Shown here: in pieces, positions 28,659 to 42,649 of the stretch | How the letters are laid out: each line of letters opens with the position of its first letter | Position numbering within the stretch: position 1 is the stretch's first letter | Assembly (NCBI RefSeq): GCF_009914755.1 | Contig: NC_060945.1 | Length of the DNA: 64,000 bases | From: the human T2T-CHM13v2.0 reference genome, Homo sapiens | Direction: 5' to 3' (one strand) | Made by a program: the position numbers and the translations under genes | The notes under the pieces: generated by a model | Databases searched by the model: none | Told to the model about the DNA's origin: nothing | Seen by the model: the letters and a program-made list of their open reading frames with translations, nothing else

Positions 28659-29106
28659 TGTCCTTGACACACTGACCATGTCATCAGGCTACTGTCATCT
28701 TATATCATGTCATTTCTCCACCTGGCTCATGACCTTGTCCTCTAAATGACCTAAAGCTTCCCTCAAGTAGCAGGAGGCCCCTCCCCGCTGTCTCAGCAAG
28801 GTCGAACGGGTCAGCGTGTCCTCATCTATAATCCACCACCATTTGTCAGCAGGGAGGCTGGAGGAGGCAGGCTTGCTACAAGGGGAGAATGCCCAATTAG
28901 GCAGCTGTCACACAAAGCATAGGCTGCAAAATTATCCCCTGTCAAAAGAAAGAGCAGCTGCGGGTGCCAATTACAGCAACCTTTCAACCCTTTAGGTACT
29001 GGAAACTACACAGAAGTAAATGAAGAACAATTAGTGATAACAAATCGATGAATTAGGACAGTAAATTAGAAATTACTAGCAGGTGAGCTTGGGTCATACA
29101 TGACAT
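28659..29106. promoter_or_regulatory. Candidate intronic enhancer with clustered nuclear-receptor, TALE/homeodomain and E-box motifs
   Basis: Non-repeat, locally GC-richer; DR5+DR0 at 28730-28752, DR3/ERE-like at 28799-28822, six TGTCA, two CAGCTG. Confidence 0.6.
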
Positions 29107-30487
29107 TTAGGGCACACCAGACTCCAGGCAAGGGCAGGATGCAATGAATCACACTAACCATTTCCTCACATATAGATTTCCCCTCCAATATTTTCTTTTT
29201 GCAAACCTGAGATCTTTAAAATACCCATACCTAAAAATATGTATCTTAATATACACACCTTTTCATTTCATGGACCCCCAAAATTGTTTCTCAATAGGAG
29301 AAAAATCCTTCAGAATAATAAGTCTAGTTCATTCTAACTTGTTTTCACACAGTCCAACATGTTATCCCCTCAAACAAATTTCTTAAGTGTCGCCCACAAA
29401 ATCCAAAATATCAGTTTAAATCATCACACTTAAAATATTGTACTTGTCCTGATTCTACTTCAGTCAAAAAGCAACTGGGTATAAATTCTGAGAAAACTGC
29501 TTTGCTAATATCATAATGTTGAAGGTAACTTTCTCTACACAATGTCATTTTGTGGATAAAAAAATAACTGCCATGTGTGCTTCTATACATAATACACATA
29601 AAGAAAATATCAACCACAAAATTACTCTCTTAGATTGTTCTGCTCCAATCCTGCAGAGGTGATATACATTAAGTCTCAAGCACAGAAAGCCAATGCACTT
29701 GGACTTTGTCCAACTAATTTATTTGGTAGTTAACATTCGCAGGCAGTGAAGGAGGAACATGGGGAAACAAGCCCCACCAAGGGGAGCAGATCCAATATGG
29801 CTACCGAGTGTTCATGGACATGGTTTCATTGTGCCTTAAAATGTCATGCATGTTCAGAAACAACTTTCTTAAAGTCCATTTTTAACTAAGATTAATTTTT
29901 TTTCCATAGAAAAAAGATGGTCTTCCTACATCAGTTCTTTGAAAGTTGAGAAACCTGAATGATACGTGCTGTTATTTCTAAAGAGGCAGGAGAAAATTGC
30001 TTAACTAGACTTCTAAATCACAAATGGATAAAAGTGAGGAAGAGAGAAGGTGAGGCAATAAAGAAGCACTTTACTCACCCACCTCCAACACATTATAAAT
30101 AAATCACAGTTGCCAGAGGGAAAAGTGTGTAACTCCTAGTTCCTAAGTCCAGCCATGTGATAATGTTTCTAGGAGATAGATGTCATGGGGAGAAAACTTC
30201 TCCATGAAAAGTTTATCTGAGAATTTGATTTATAAATTATATTTCATCATTTAAAAACTGGGCATTTATAAATTCTCTTAAGTTTAGAATGCAACCCTCT
30301 AAAGTCAGACATAAGGAATTCAAAGCAATGACAAATAGATAGGAATGAAGGAGTTAATGCCTTTAGAATTCAGCTTCCATCATACATGGGTGACTATCTC
30401 TTTAAATAATTTAAATCCTCTCCATCAACTACAAAGCTGTTTTGAAGCCATTTAGCTTTGTTCTTTACATGTGTTCTAATTAAGAGA

Positions 30488-30760
30488 TGACCTTGTCATC
30501 ACACACACCAGAAATCCGGGATTATTTCCTACAGCAAAAATTCACAGAGCCCCCCAAAGAAGAAAAAGGGGGGTAAAAAAGTCTTCTTCCTCAGTTCCTC
30601 ACTAAAGGAAGTTGTTGGTTGGTTGAACGCTGAGGCAGTTTCACCGCATAATTTTTTTGTTGTTGTTGAATGTCACAGGGCGGGTTAGTGTGACCTTGAG
30701 CTGCATCAGCAGCACAGCAAGGGTCGAGATGCCTGCAGGCGCCCTTGTACTGGATTTGCA
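30488..30760. promoter_or_regulatory. Candidate intronic enhancer with composite ERE/ERRE
   Basis: GGGTTAgtgTGACCTTGA at 30682-30699, overlapping GGGCGG, ETS core AGGAAGT, second TGACCTTG at 30488. Confidence 0.55.
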
Positions 30761-33700
30761 AGACAAAAACCTTCAAACTGGCTGAAGGACATCTTAAATC
30801 TCTTCAAAGGTTTTCCGAACTAATCTGGGCTGCTCTTAGCAGGATCTGTGCCAGTGTGAGAAGCAAAATTAAAAACAAGGTCTTTGACAGGATGTTGTCT
30901 CCTCTTAACCCTTCCCAAGCAGAATAGAACAAACCACCAGCATTCTGGAGAGAGGGTTTACCTAGAAGCATTCTTTTATAACAAATTATGTAAGCAGACA
31001 ATCACAAAGAATGGGGCAGTTATTAGTTCTCAAAAGTAAACAACCCTTCCATTGTGCTTATTAAAGAATTCAGGTCGAATTCTTTCTTGACTATATTTCA
31101 GTGTAGTGAATGTAAAACTTAAAGCTCTATTTGTATCTTTCAGATTTGTAGCACAGTCACAGGTTAAGACTAAAAAATATTTCCATCAATATTTATCTCT
31201 AGAATTTTCATTTTTAAAAAAAAATACATGGTTTTAGTTGGTTAAGTCACAAACTTCACGCATACTGCATATAGCTTACTAAAATTACAGGTAAGGAAAA
31301 TTACATTATAGCATGTTTACTAAATTTCTTATTCCCAACATGATGAATACATTCTTAAGACGGAAAAAAAAAATCATTAGAATAGTGAGTAACACAAGTA
31401 AAACAAGGTAAAGCAATCTCGGTCTTGTTATAAAAACATCAGCATGACATTTGATGTTTTAGCATTACCAGTGCATGGGCCAAAAGAGAAAGTATTAATG
31501 CCAGTAGAGGGTGTTTGATTCTTCCCTGGCAATGCTCTCAAAATTTAATTTAGTAGCTAAAGTAGGCAAATGTTTAAATCATTACTCTAGAACAACAAAA
31601 GGAAAAAGGTGAATAAAATAGTCCTGGCTTTCAAGAAATAAATAGTCTGGTGGAACAAACAGCTGTAATGCTTAAATCACAATATATGCTAAAATCAGTG
31701 TGTCTCCATCTATAACATGCTGGTTTGTCATCATCAGATATAAGGTATGTCATGATTAGTTCTAAAGAGTATTTAGTGTAAGTATTTAGTGTTAAGTACA
31801 GAATTTAATAAGGTCTAAGAGGTTGCAAATTATTCCCTTTTAAAAAAACAGACTAAATAAATTCAAGATAACTTGGGTGATAACCACACTTTCACTCACT
31901 TGGATTCAGGTATGTTTTCCTGAACAGGACAGGAAAAGGACAGAGTAATAACACCTAGTGAGTAAATAAGACCCGAGAGTGCACAGTGCCGGTGATTTTC
32001 TTCCTTAGTCTCTGTGCCAAAGGAGAGAGAGTATATACTGTGCTAAATGCAATGACTGAAATATGTAAAAAGTGCTCTAGGAACACAGATAGGCTGTAAC
32101 CAGGTTTTTAGTTCATATGTACACATGCAGGTGGTAGTCAGTGATGGTTAAAAAATGAGTAAGGGCTAGCCAGGCAGAAGAGAATGGCAGCCATTCTAGG
32201 GTCCAGAAATAGCACTCAAAGGCAAGGAAGAGCTGAGTGTGACACAGGAAGTGTGGTAGTCCAATGGGAGTGGAGATTAGGCTGGAAATGCAACTGGGAC
32301 CAAGGACTTTGAATCAAGGCCATGCCAAGAAGCTGGCCTTTATCTGGTGGGTTTCCTTACAAGCAATGGTATTATTAAAAGCATATTAGAAAAACAAAAC
32401 CAGAAGCTATGGGAGTTGTTGATAGCTTGGAGGGAAGAAGAAACTGTAGATCAGTTAGTGCACTGCCATGGTCAAAATAAGGCAAAGGCAGGAGAGTTGA
32501 AGAAAAAGACAGCTCTGGAAACAATGAAGGCTGCTTTGAATATTTAAAAACCAATTTGTTTAACATAAACAGTGCTATAAGATAGGGTGTTATTTCATAG
32601 CAACTTTATTGAATCAAAGATAAAAACGATAAAAATAATTACTATATCTCAAGCCTAGGTTTGATAAACACTGTGCTAAAAAAATGATTTCTACAAAGTT
32701 TCAAAAAAGTAGTAATTCTTACAGGGGTGCTTTAAAGAGGCAGAATCAGATCCTGTTTGAAGTCTGAATTTTGTACTTTGAACTATCAACCTTCATTAAG
32801 TATTAGGTAAGGGTTTTGCTAAGACAGTGACATGTACCTTTTCAGAACAGTGTGAGAGCGTATTTCCCTTGGCTATAAGACAGAGATGTCCGACTTAAAT
32901 TATAATGTGGTTCTTGGAGCTAAGAGTTCTATCCAACGCTAATGAGAAAAAAAATTAACTCAGCAAACATTTCTTGAGTCCCGACTACGTTTAGGACACA
33001 GAATTAAAAAATAAAAACTACCCAACATTCTATCAGCTTCATGTTTTTAGATGATCACTCATAATGATATCAAGTCCTCAAATTCCAGCTTGCATGACAT
33101 CATCACACAATAAAAACACTACGAGTAAAAACAGTATGAAGCTGTCAGTAAATCAAGTGTCGGAACTAGCAGCCATCTTGGTATTCCGATCCAGCTGAAA
33201 GGTACACAACGCATTCCCAGAACCCTCAGGGAAGACCCAGCACCAATGTAATTTGAAGAGCGTCGTCAGATACTCTAGAGACTGACTGTCCCGCTAAGAC
33301 CTCAGAAAGAATTTAACAGAGTATCAGCCAAGGTAAGAGAGTAGGGAGTAAAACAGAACAGGAGTCACCAGGGCCAAGTAAATATCTGCCAGAGAGCAGA
33401 CTGTACTCTCAGAAAAGGACCGCCAGCATCAGGGATCAGGTTGAGGCAAGTGGAGGGGAAGGTCACACAAAGGAGAGAAGGAAAGACTTGAGGGGAAGCC
33501 TACTCAATCCTGCAAAATAACACATCAACTTCATTTTGTGAAACTTTTTTAAACGACCAAACCTCTAGAGTTGGGCGAATCACCGTAGAAGAAGTATTAG
33601 AAGGTACACAAATCATAAAGAGGACTTGAAAGCCGGGGTAGGGGGAAAATTGACAGGGCAAAACTAGGAATGACCTTACTGAGTATCCACAAATAAAATG

Positions 33701-33928
33701 ACTTCTCCTTGAGTAAGCATCTCTGTCTTACAGCTGCCAAGCCAACGCTGGCAGTAAGTTTCAGCACATTCTAGGTCTAGACATTAATAGAAAAGTGGGT
33801 AATATGATACACCGTGCAGTTATTAAAAAAAAACTTATTAGTCTACAAACACAAAAGCAAGGTTAACATTATTGGAATAAAAATATAGAAGATTCTGTTC
33901 GCAATTAGACAAGTGAATTGCCATAATA

Positions 33929-34252
33929 CAGCAGTCCTCAAAGGGTGGTCCAAGGATGCCAGGGGTGGCCATGACCCATTCAGGAGGCACATGAAGAAAA
34001 GACTACTTTCATACTACTAAATGTTATCTGGCTTTTGGTATCATTCCTTCATAAGTGTACAGTAGAGTTGTCTAGAGGCTATATACATGGAATGCATCCT
34101 TGTGTAACTCTTGTTTTAAATTTTTTCTCAGTTTAAATTTCTAATATGATAAACATCAGTTGATATGAATCTCATAAATAAAAGCTCTCTTGGGTCCTTG
34201 ATAATTTAAGAATATAAAGTTGTCTTGAAAGCAAAAAGTTTGAAAGCTGCTG
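33929..34252 (+). mobile_element. hAT-Charlie MITE (Charlie18a-like)
   Basis: CAGCAGTCCTCAAAGGGTGGTCC...AGTGTACAGTAGAGTTGTCTAGAGGCTA...AAAAAGTTTGAAAGCTGCTG ends. Confidence 0.7.
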
Positions 34253-36272
34253 CTATTAATAGTTGAAAAGTACAATGTTGGTTTTCTTCAAACATAATCT
34301 CTTCTAATTTCAAGAATTTCCACTATAATTATGGCAGATAAATATTGTTCTCTGTGCAGAATGTCCCTAAGACCAAGACGAGGAAAGAAAAGAAAGAACT
34401 TTCTAAAAAGATGAGTAAACTAAGGAGGATATGAAAAATCTCCCATCTCTAGAGTCGTTATTATTCTGAATTTACCATACAAGGAGTAACAAATGTACAA
34501 ATATTTATAAAGAAGCTGCTATGTTGTTAAGAGCTGAAGTTATAAGGATAACTAAGTGATAAACCAGCCCTTAGTGGGCTCACAATCTCATCGGGAAAAA
34601 ACAGATCAACAACATAGTGAGATGCTACTAAAAAGATGGCATGGACAAAGTGGAGAAAGCACTGAAAGACACAATTTTTGGAAGAAGACTGAGTGGTAAG
34701 GCAGGGAACACCATTTTTAGTGAAGGTTCTCTACAGAGGCTGCATGTGAACTGACTCTAGGGACAAACAAGGCTTTCTCAATTAGAAAAGAAGCTTCAGT
34801 ATTCTTCAGAAAGTAGGAGGACCATAAGCCCAGTCCAGGAAGCACAATGGCATAGAGTATGTTCTAGAAACTTTAAGTAATCACCTCCAAGAATAAAAAT
34901 TGCCAGTAATGACAAACTTTTATAGAACATGACAAAATAATTTGATGGCATGTTCTATAAAAGTTATAATTAAATTTAATGATGAAAGATGTGGACTTAG
35001 ATTTTGTAGTCTTGTTAAAAACTTCTGTCATATAGCTTTTTAAAAAGACAATAAAAGTGAGTTACTAAAAAAAATAAAATAGAAACAGACAAACAAATTA
35101 TTGGCCTTTACTGCAGATATTTTGAGAAGCACTAGCTTGGAGGACAGGCTAGAAGATGGCAGGTGGGGAGGAGGTGCAGAGAGGGGCGGCAACAGCAGGA
35201 GACAAAGCTTCAAGCTAGAAGCTTACATAGACTGTACTATGAACATTTTTTTAAATAAATAAATGCAAAAAGGAAGCAAGCGAGGTTTGAAAATTACTCA
35301 TATACCTCTAATCCAGAATGAAGAAATTCTAGTTATCTAAATAAAATGCATAAGCTCTGACGTTAGAATCAGAAAATTTTCAGATATGCAAACCACAGGC
35401 CACATGGTTGAAGGGCAAATGTAGCAGAGAATCAAGGAGACTATCAGGTTCACAACAGTTAATTTCAGTGAAAAAAGACCAGGGTCTGTGTAAGAAGAGA
35501 AAGTGTATTGACAGTTTGATCAACACTTTTAAAATTATTTTGATTCCTTCATTTGAAACCTTTCATGGAAAAGGAAAAAAAAAAAAACCTGAGTTGATAT
35601 GGAGGCTTCGCATATAGCGACTTTATAAAATCTGAGTTGATATGGAGGCTTAGTCTAGTAGGGATCTTCCTCCCCAAACAACGTAAGTTATATCAATTAA
35701 GATACTAAGTAAAAGACTTAAGGAAAAGTCAATTATTTAAAGATACCAAATTAAAAAAATGTTAATTGTATTAATGTTTCCCATAGTAACAGTAAGTTAG
35801 GATTAAGGAAGGTCTATTACTTTTCTATGTTCATTATGCTATTGCAATTGCTACATTATTTTTGATCAGACAAGTAACACAAGTAAGCTGGAGTTTTAGG
35901 AAGATCTGGTGGTTGTAAAAGACTCGAACAAGGATGTCAGTAAACAGGCCTGCCAGCACAAGAGCTCCAGATGAGAAATGATAAGACTCTGAACGAAGAT
36001 GGCTGGCTGTGAGAAAGGGAATTAAGAGTGGATGGAAGCAATGCTGGAAACTAACAATGATTCATTTGAGCCAAGCATACAGATTTTCTTACCAGGGTTA
36101 TCCACAAGGCCAGGAAAACACTAGTGAGAAGGCCAAATTGGTTTACGGCAATTAATTCCAACTAGGACAACTCACCCAGATTATAAATTGATCTTTCTTT
36201 CACCAGCATCACGTTTCTACTAAAAATCTGGTGTGAAAGTTTAAACACATTTTACAAAGAGTTATTTCTTAA

Positions 36273-36674
<402 letters not shown>

Positions 36675-37635
36675 AGTACTGGCCCTTTTTTAAAAAAAAA
36701 TTTATATAGATATTTTATGTCTGACAGGAAAGTTTTAAACTCAAGACATCTATTCTACCATAGTTGTCAAAAATTTAATCAAACTAGAAAAAAGTACAAT
36801 AGAGAACTCGTCCTAGTGGAAAACCATGACATATAACAATAAAAATTCCATTAGAGAAAATTAGTATATTCAAGTGTTTAAGCTAAATTGATTTATGGTC
36901 ATTTAGTTAACACTACCGAAAATATTCTCTGTTTTTGTATCAGCAATTTTATCAAAATTAGCTAATAAATATTATACACTGAGATAAACAGCACAGAAAG
37001 TATATAAAGTCCTATAAAATATAAAAAAGGGTGAATTAATTTTGTTAGTTACTCAATATGATGATTGTATCTCTTTCAAAAGAAGGAGCTAACAAAATAG
37101 CAAGGGAAACATGGCCTAAGACACTGAAAGGCTTTTTAAACACTTCATTCTTTATTTAGTTTGCAATATTCAATTAATTACATCCTTTTTCCTCCCAATC
37201 ATTATCTTTGAGCTTTCAGTCAAAAAAAATTACTATACTTAAAAATATAACATGAGTGTTTTGCAGGGTAAGACAAACTATAGTAAAAACCTCATAAAAC
37301 ATTAGTTTAGAATCCTCAACTTGTCAAATACTCATCTCCTGAGATATACCAGATCCTCCTTTTGGAGACACAGTCCACTGGTTAATGAAAGGCATATTGA
37401 AAAGACATTCTATACTTTGACCCAACATCTCCCAAGCTTATTTGACCATGGACTGTTCATTTAAAAGGAAAACATATTTAACACAACACGTTTTAGAAAA
37501 AACACATTTGACATAATCATCTTTAAAATCTAAAAACGTTTAAAAATATGTGAAAGGAATATAGAAAATCACTATCAGTAATTTGTTTTTATAAATTTTT
37601 AGTTTTCAAAGTTGTTCACTATACATTATAATGTC

Positions 37636-37939
37636 TTTTTTTTTTTTTTTTTTTTTTTTTTGAGACGGAGTCTTTCTCTGTCACCCAGGCTGGAGTGCAG
37701 TGGCACAATCTTGGCTCACTGCAACCCCGACTGCCGACTTAAGTGATTCTCCTGCCTCAGCCTCCCAAATAACTGGGACTACAGGCACGCGCTACCACAC
37801 CTGGCTAATATTTGTATTTTTAGTAGAGACAGGGTTTCACCATACTGGTCAGGCTGGTCTTGAACTCCTGACCTCATGATCTGCCCACCTTGGCCTCCCA
37901 AAGTGCTGGGATTACAGGTGTGAGACACCATGCCTGGCT
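37636..37939 (-). mobile_element. Alu (AluS-like)
   Basis: Long poly-T then reverse dimer; TSD TGTCTTTTTT. Confidence 0.93.
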
Positions 37940-39532
37940 GTCTTTTTTTTTAATCTGGAAGAAAAATCTAAATTTGACAATTTTCTAAGAACAACTCATT
38001 GGCTGTGTATATTTACCAGATGGCTACCTATAATTTACTTATCCAACTCCTAGTTGGATCCAGTGAGCATTGCTTATCATTCTGGCTATGTGGTAAAACA
38101 AAGGTGTTGAAAATTAAGAACAACAACAAACCAATTATATCTTGTGGCGGGGCGGTCACAGGAATATGCATGATTATAATGTTAATTTTAATAGAATTAG
38201 AAGTTCAGAAATGGGGTTCAATATCAACTGTTTCATCAAATATAAAAGCAGATTTCAGACTGCCAACCAGTGATTAACACCTAATTATATCTGAATAAAA
38301 AAATTTTAGTATTTACAAATAATTGCGTCATTGATTTTAAATTCCAATTATAAGTAAAATATAAATGAATATACGAAAAGTGACTTGCAACCAAATAATT
38401 ATTAGTAATTTTATGCAGTCTTTTAAAAAATAACATTTTAAAGATTTTCTTGATGAAATTACAAGAAAAGCTAAGCATTTAAGTGGGTGATTAAAATAAC
38501 TTCATTACTAGGTTTTCTGAACATTATCAGAATAGTGAAGAAAAAGCAGTTAGGATTATCCATATGAGGCCTACAGGTAAAGAGCAAATTTGGCTCAAAG
38601 TTGCCATTCCCTTTTTGAAACACTGTGGTCAGGTAAAACATGGTGAATTTCAGCATGCTGTATCTGCTCTCTCTCTTTGACCAGAGTTTTTCAGTTAGCT
38701 AGATGAAACTGAACTATTCACAACGGATTATGAGCACAATAATCAATCATTATGCCTTTACCTAGTTCACTTGGATTTCTCCTTCCCAGAAATAAGCAGC
38801 ATAAGGTCCAAGAGCTTAAGACATGACAAATTCATTTAGGTTGTAGCTATACTAGAAAACAGGAGTGTTAATCCAAGTAGAATTAACCACTTGCTCATCG
38901 TCTTTTTTGTTGCTCTGCCCACCTACTTGTGTTAATTTAATCCAATTACTTTATCATTTCTCAGAAATACTAATAATGCTCTTTCCTTTGTAAGAGGAAT
39001 TTTAATAATTCCAAAAGTAATCACTGGCCTATACTATAATAAACACACAATAATCAAACATGCTTCTATTTTTCCTCAAAACGGTAATTAACTTTTTATC
39101 TGAAATCAGGGATTGCTATTGTAGGATTTGTATTAACTGTCCATTTTCTCTGGTTTTTGATAAATCGAATTAAGTGTTGTCAACAAAAATACTATTTCTT
39201 CTTTCAAGCTTTCCAATTCCTCTCTCCAGAAGTAATCTACACACTGAATTCTCAAGAATATTTTTCTCCATTTCTCTTACAGCATTTAACCTCTTTTACT
39301 GTTTGATTACATTATTTATCTACATTTATTCTTTCCATATAAGTTCCTTAAAGGAAGGATTGTAGCTCTTTCATTTTTTAAACCACATTGCCTGATGAAG
39401 TAACTTGCACAGATGAAGTACATAATACATATTTTGAATTATAAGCTAATTTATAACTGAGAAAGAATTGTCTGAAATATATTAAAGTCATAATGATTAA
39501 GCCTTAAGAACTCAGGAAAAAAATATTCTCAC

Positions 39533-39655
39533 CGTCTGTCTCCAAGCTCTGAGCCTCTGCTTTCTGAGAAAGAAAATTGAGAAGGCTGTTGAAAAGTAGC
39601 TCTGATGTCATCCGGAGTCTTCAGATTCCCTGTCCTCCTTCAGTCAAGTGTGCAT
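39533..39655 (-). other. NRIP1: Non-coding 5'-UTR exon (exon 3, 123 nt) of NRIP1/RIP140; also part of circNRIP1
   Basis: Minus strand reads ...ctatcttttccctcttgttaAG|ATGCACACTTGACTGAAGG...GCTTGGAGACAGACG|GTGAGa, i.e. a polypyrimidine tract plus AG acceptor and a GTGAG donor. Exon sequence recognised from memory as NRIP1 5'-UTR. Confidence 0.88.
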
Positions 39656-40109
39656 CTTAACAAGAGGGAAAAGATAGTTTGGCATCTATTCCAAACCAGA
39701 TTCTGGAATACCTTTTGATCAAGTTCAACTTATCCCATTACCTTTTCTTGTTCAAGTTCAATGCAAAAGTAGTCATTTGACAGAAAAATATCAATTGTTT
39801 ATGAATGCTGGTTCATTAACAGAAAGCAATAGATCTCTGCTTTCTAGGTAATAATCGATAAAAGTAGCTGCTTCAACAAAATAAGCTGTGAAAAAGGTTT
39901 ATAGTTGCTAGGATGTGTTTATTAACCTTTGTTAATTTCAAATTTCTTAGCGTGCTGTGCTAAATTAATTAATTTACATACAAAAAATTATAAATCCTCC
40001 TAAACGTGTATTTCTTAAAAAAAAAAAAAGAATAGCTATAGTTTTCTTATATGGAACTTTTTCAGTTTCAAAATACCAAGTATGTAATCTTTGCAGCAAA
40101 AAAATTGGT

Positions 40110-41065
40110 AATAAATATCAAATGCCCTATATATCCATGAAAAGATTTACACAACAATGCCCAAAGTAGATTTATTTTTAATAGTCAAAAACTGGAAACA
40201 ACTGAAATGCCCATCAATAGGTGAATGAATCATATGGTATATCCATACAATATAATTTTACTACTCAGTATCAAAACAGAATACACACAACACATACGGA
40301 AAATAAATATGGATGAATCTCAAAATAATTACCCTGAGTGCAAGAAGCCAGACAAAAAGAAACATATTTTGTGTGATTCCATTTGGATAACATTCCAGAA
40401 AACGCAAATTCATCTATTGTGAAAGAAAATAGATCAGTGAGGTTGCCTGGGGATGAAGGATGCCCAAGGGAGGGATTACAAAGAAATATCATCTTAATGG
40501 TGATGATGGTTTCACAGGTGTACACACATGTCAAAACTTGTCAGATTGTTCCTTAAATATGTGCAGTTTATTCATCAATTATACCTCGATAAAACTGTAA
40601 CAAAAATTAAATGCCTTAACATGTTATATGTCCGTTGATGCAGCAATTCCATGTCTAAGATTTATCCTAATTAAAAAAATCATGGAGGATAGGTGTAAAT
40701 ATTTAGCCATAAGGATGTTCAAAATACATATTATTATATTTGTGCAGTACATTGTATACAGCCATAAAATGTCAAAATGAAAAAATTAGAAATAGTTAAA
40801 TAAACTACAGTATATTACATCATGGAATATTATGTAGTCATTAAAATATTATACAAGAAAATTAAATTATATGAAATTATATACTATATAAGTGATAAAA
40901 ACAGGAAACAACATTATTTCAGCATAATTGAATTTTTGTTTTAAACAAAAGTAAATGCAGTAATTATTTCTGCATTTAGAGGTAATTGTTATTTTTTCTT
41001 TTTGCTGATTTGCATTTTCTAATTTCTCTACAGTAAATACATACATATTATTTTTCTAACAAACA
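40110..41065 (+). mobile_element. Old L1 (L1M/L1ME) 3' fragments
   Basis: AAAACTGGAAACAACTGAAATGCCCATCAATAGGTGAATG...ATGGATGAATCTCAAAA...TCAATTATACCTCGATAAA. Confidence 0.78.
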
Positions 41066-41790
41066 CCACAAATAAAATGATGCAAATAGGAAAAAATCTA
41101 AAATTTTCCACTCCCTAATACAAGTATAAAACTCCTAAGAGGCAGTGCACAATACAGATGTAGTTCTGAGCTATCACACGGCCACCAGCAGCACCCTACT
41201 AAATAGCTGTGGGAAAGAGACAGGTCTGACACATAAATGGGAGCATCATTAAGTGAGTAATGCTTTACCAGTTACAAAATGCTATCATGGACATGACTGT
41301 ATTTGATTTTCACAACTCGGTGAAATGAGCAGAGATTCCATTTCATAGAGGAGCAACAGATACTGAGCAGGGCTGGTTAAGTCATATGCCCCAAATTATA
41401 GATCTTGGACTCAATTAAATCTTGACTATAAATTCAGATAGTAATTCTAAGAAGAGTAGGAAACAATCACTTGCCCTGATTATATATACCTAGAAGGATG
41501 TGATTCACACATCAACTTAACAATAACCATATGTGTAATTACATGAGTACTCCTATTAGAATGTGGTAGGGACCTCGGGAATTTCTGAAGTCTCCAATCC
41601 CCAGTCTCTGAAGTAATACTCAAGGCACGCCCATCTTCCCGTTATCAACATTATCTACCAACTCACTGAAATTCCAGTAGAATTTAACTGTTCAGTTTTC
41701 AATTACCTTTTTTCCTTCTTGAAAAAAGATTATAACCTTTTATTTTAAAGTTGGAACAAGAAAGTACCCATAACTATATTTGAGAATGCT

Positions 41791-42234
<444 letters not shown>

Positions 42235-42401
42235 CTAGTAATCTATAAATTGATTACTGGAACTTTAAAATGTGAACTTGTGGGCTAAATCTTTTTTTGG
42301 TCTGTGTATATAGATAAGAAACCCTACAAACTGGCATATTCTATAAAGAAAACCACCAACTCCTGAGAAGGGTAAAAGGAAATATCTCTAGAGGAACATT
42401 A

Positions 42402-42545
42402 CTATTATCATTATTATTTTTATTTTTAGAGACGAGGATCTCGCTATGTTGCTCAGGCTGGTCTCAAACTCCTGGGTTCAAATGATCCTCCCGACTCAAC
42501 CTCCCAAGTAGCTGGAACTGCAGGTGTGCACCACGGTGCCCAACT
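42402..42545 (-). mobile_element. FLAM (free left Alu monomer)
   Basis: Single monomer; TSD TAGAGGAACATTA at 42389 and 42546. Confidence 0.88.
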
Positions 42546-42649
42546 TAGAGGAACATTATTAATGAACTGGTCATTATCTGTTGATGACACCATGAGGAAT
42601 CCTTACAGCTACTACTCTTACCAACACTCCTAGAACTAAGAGACTTAAC

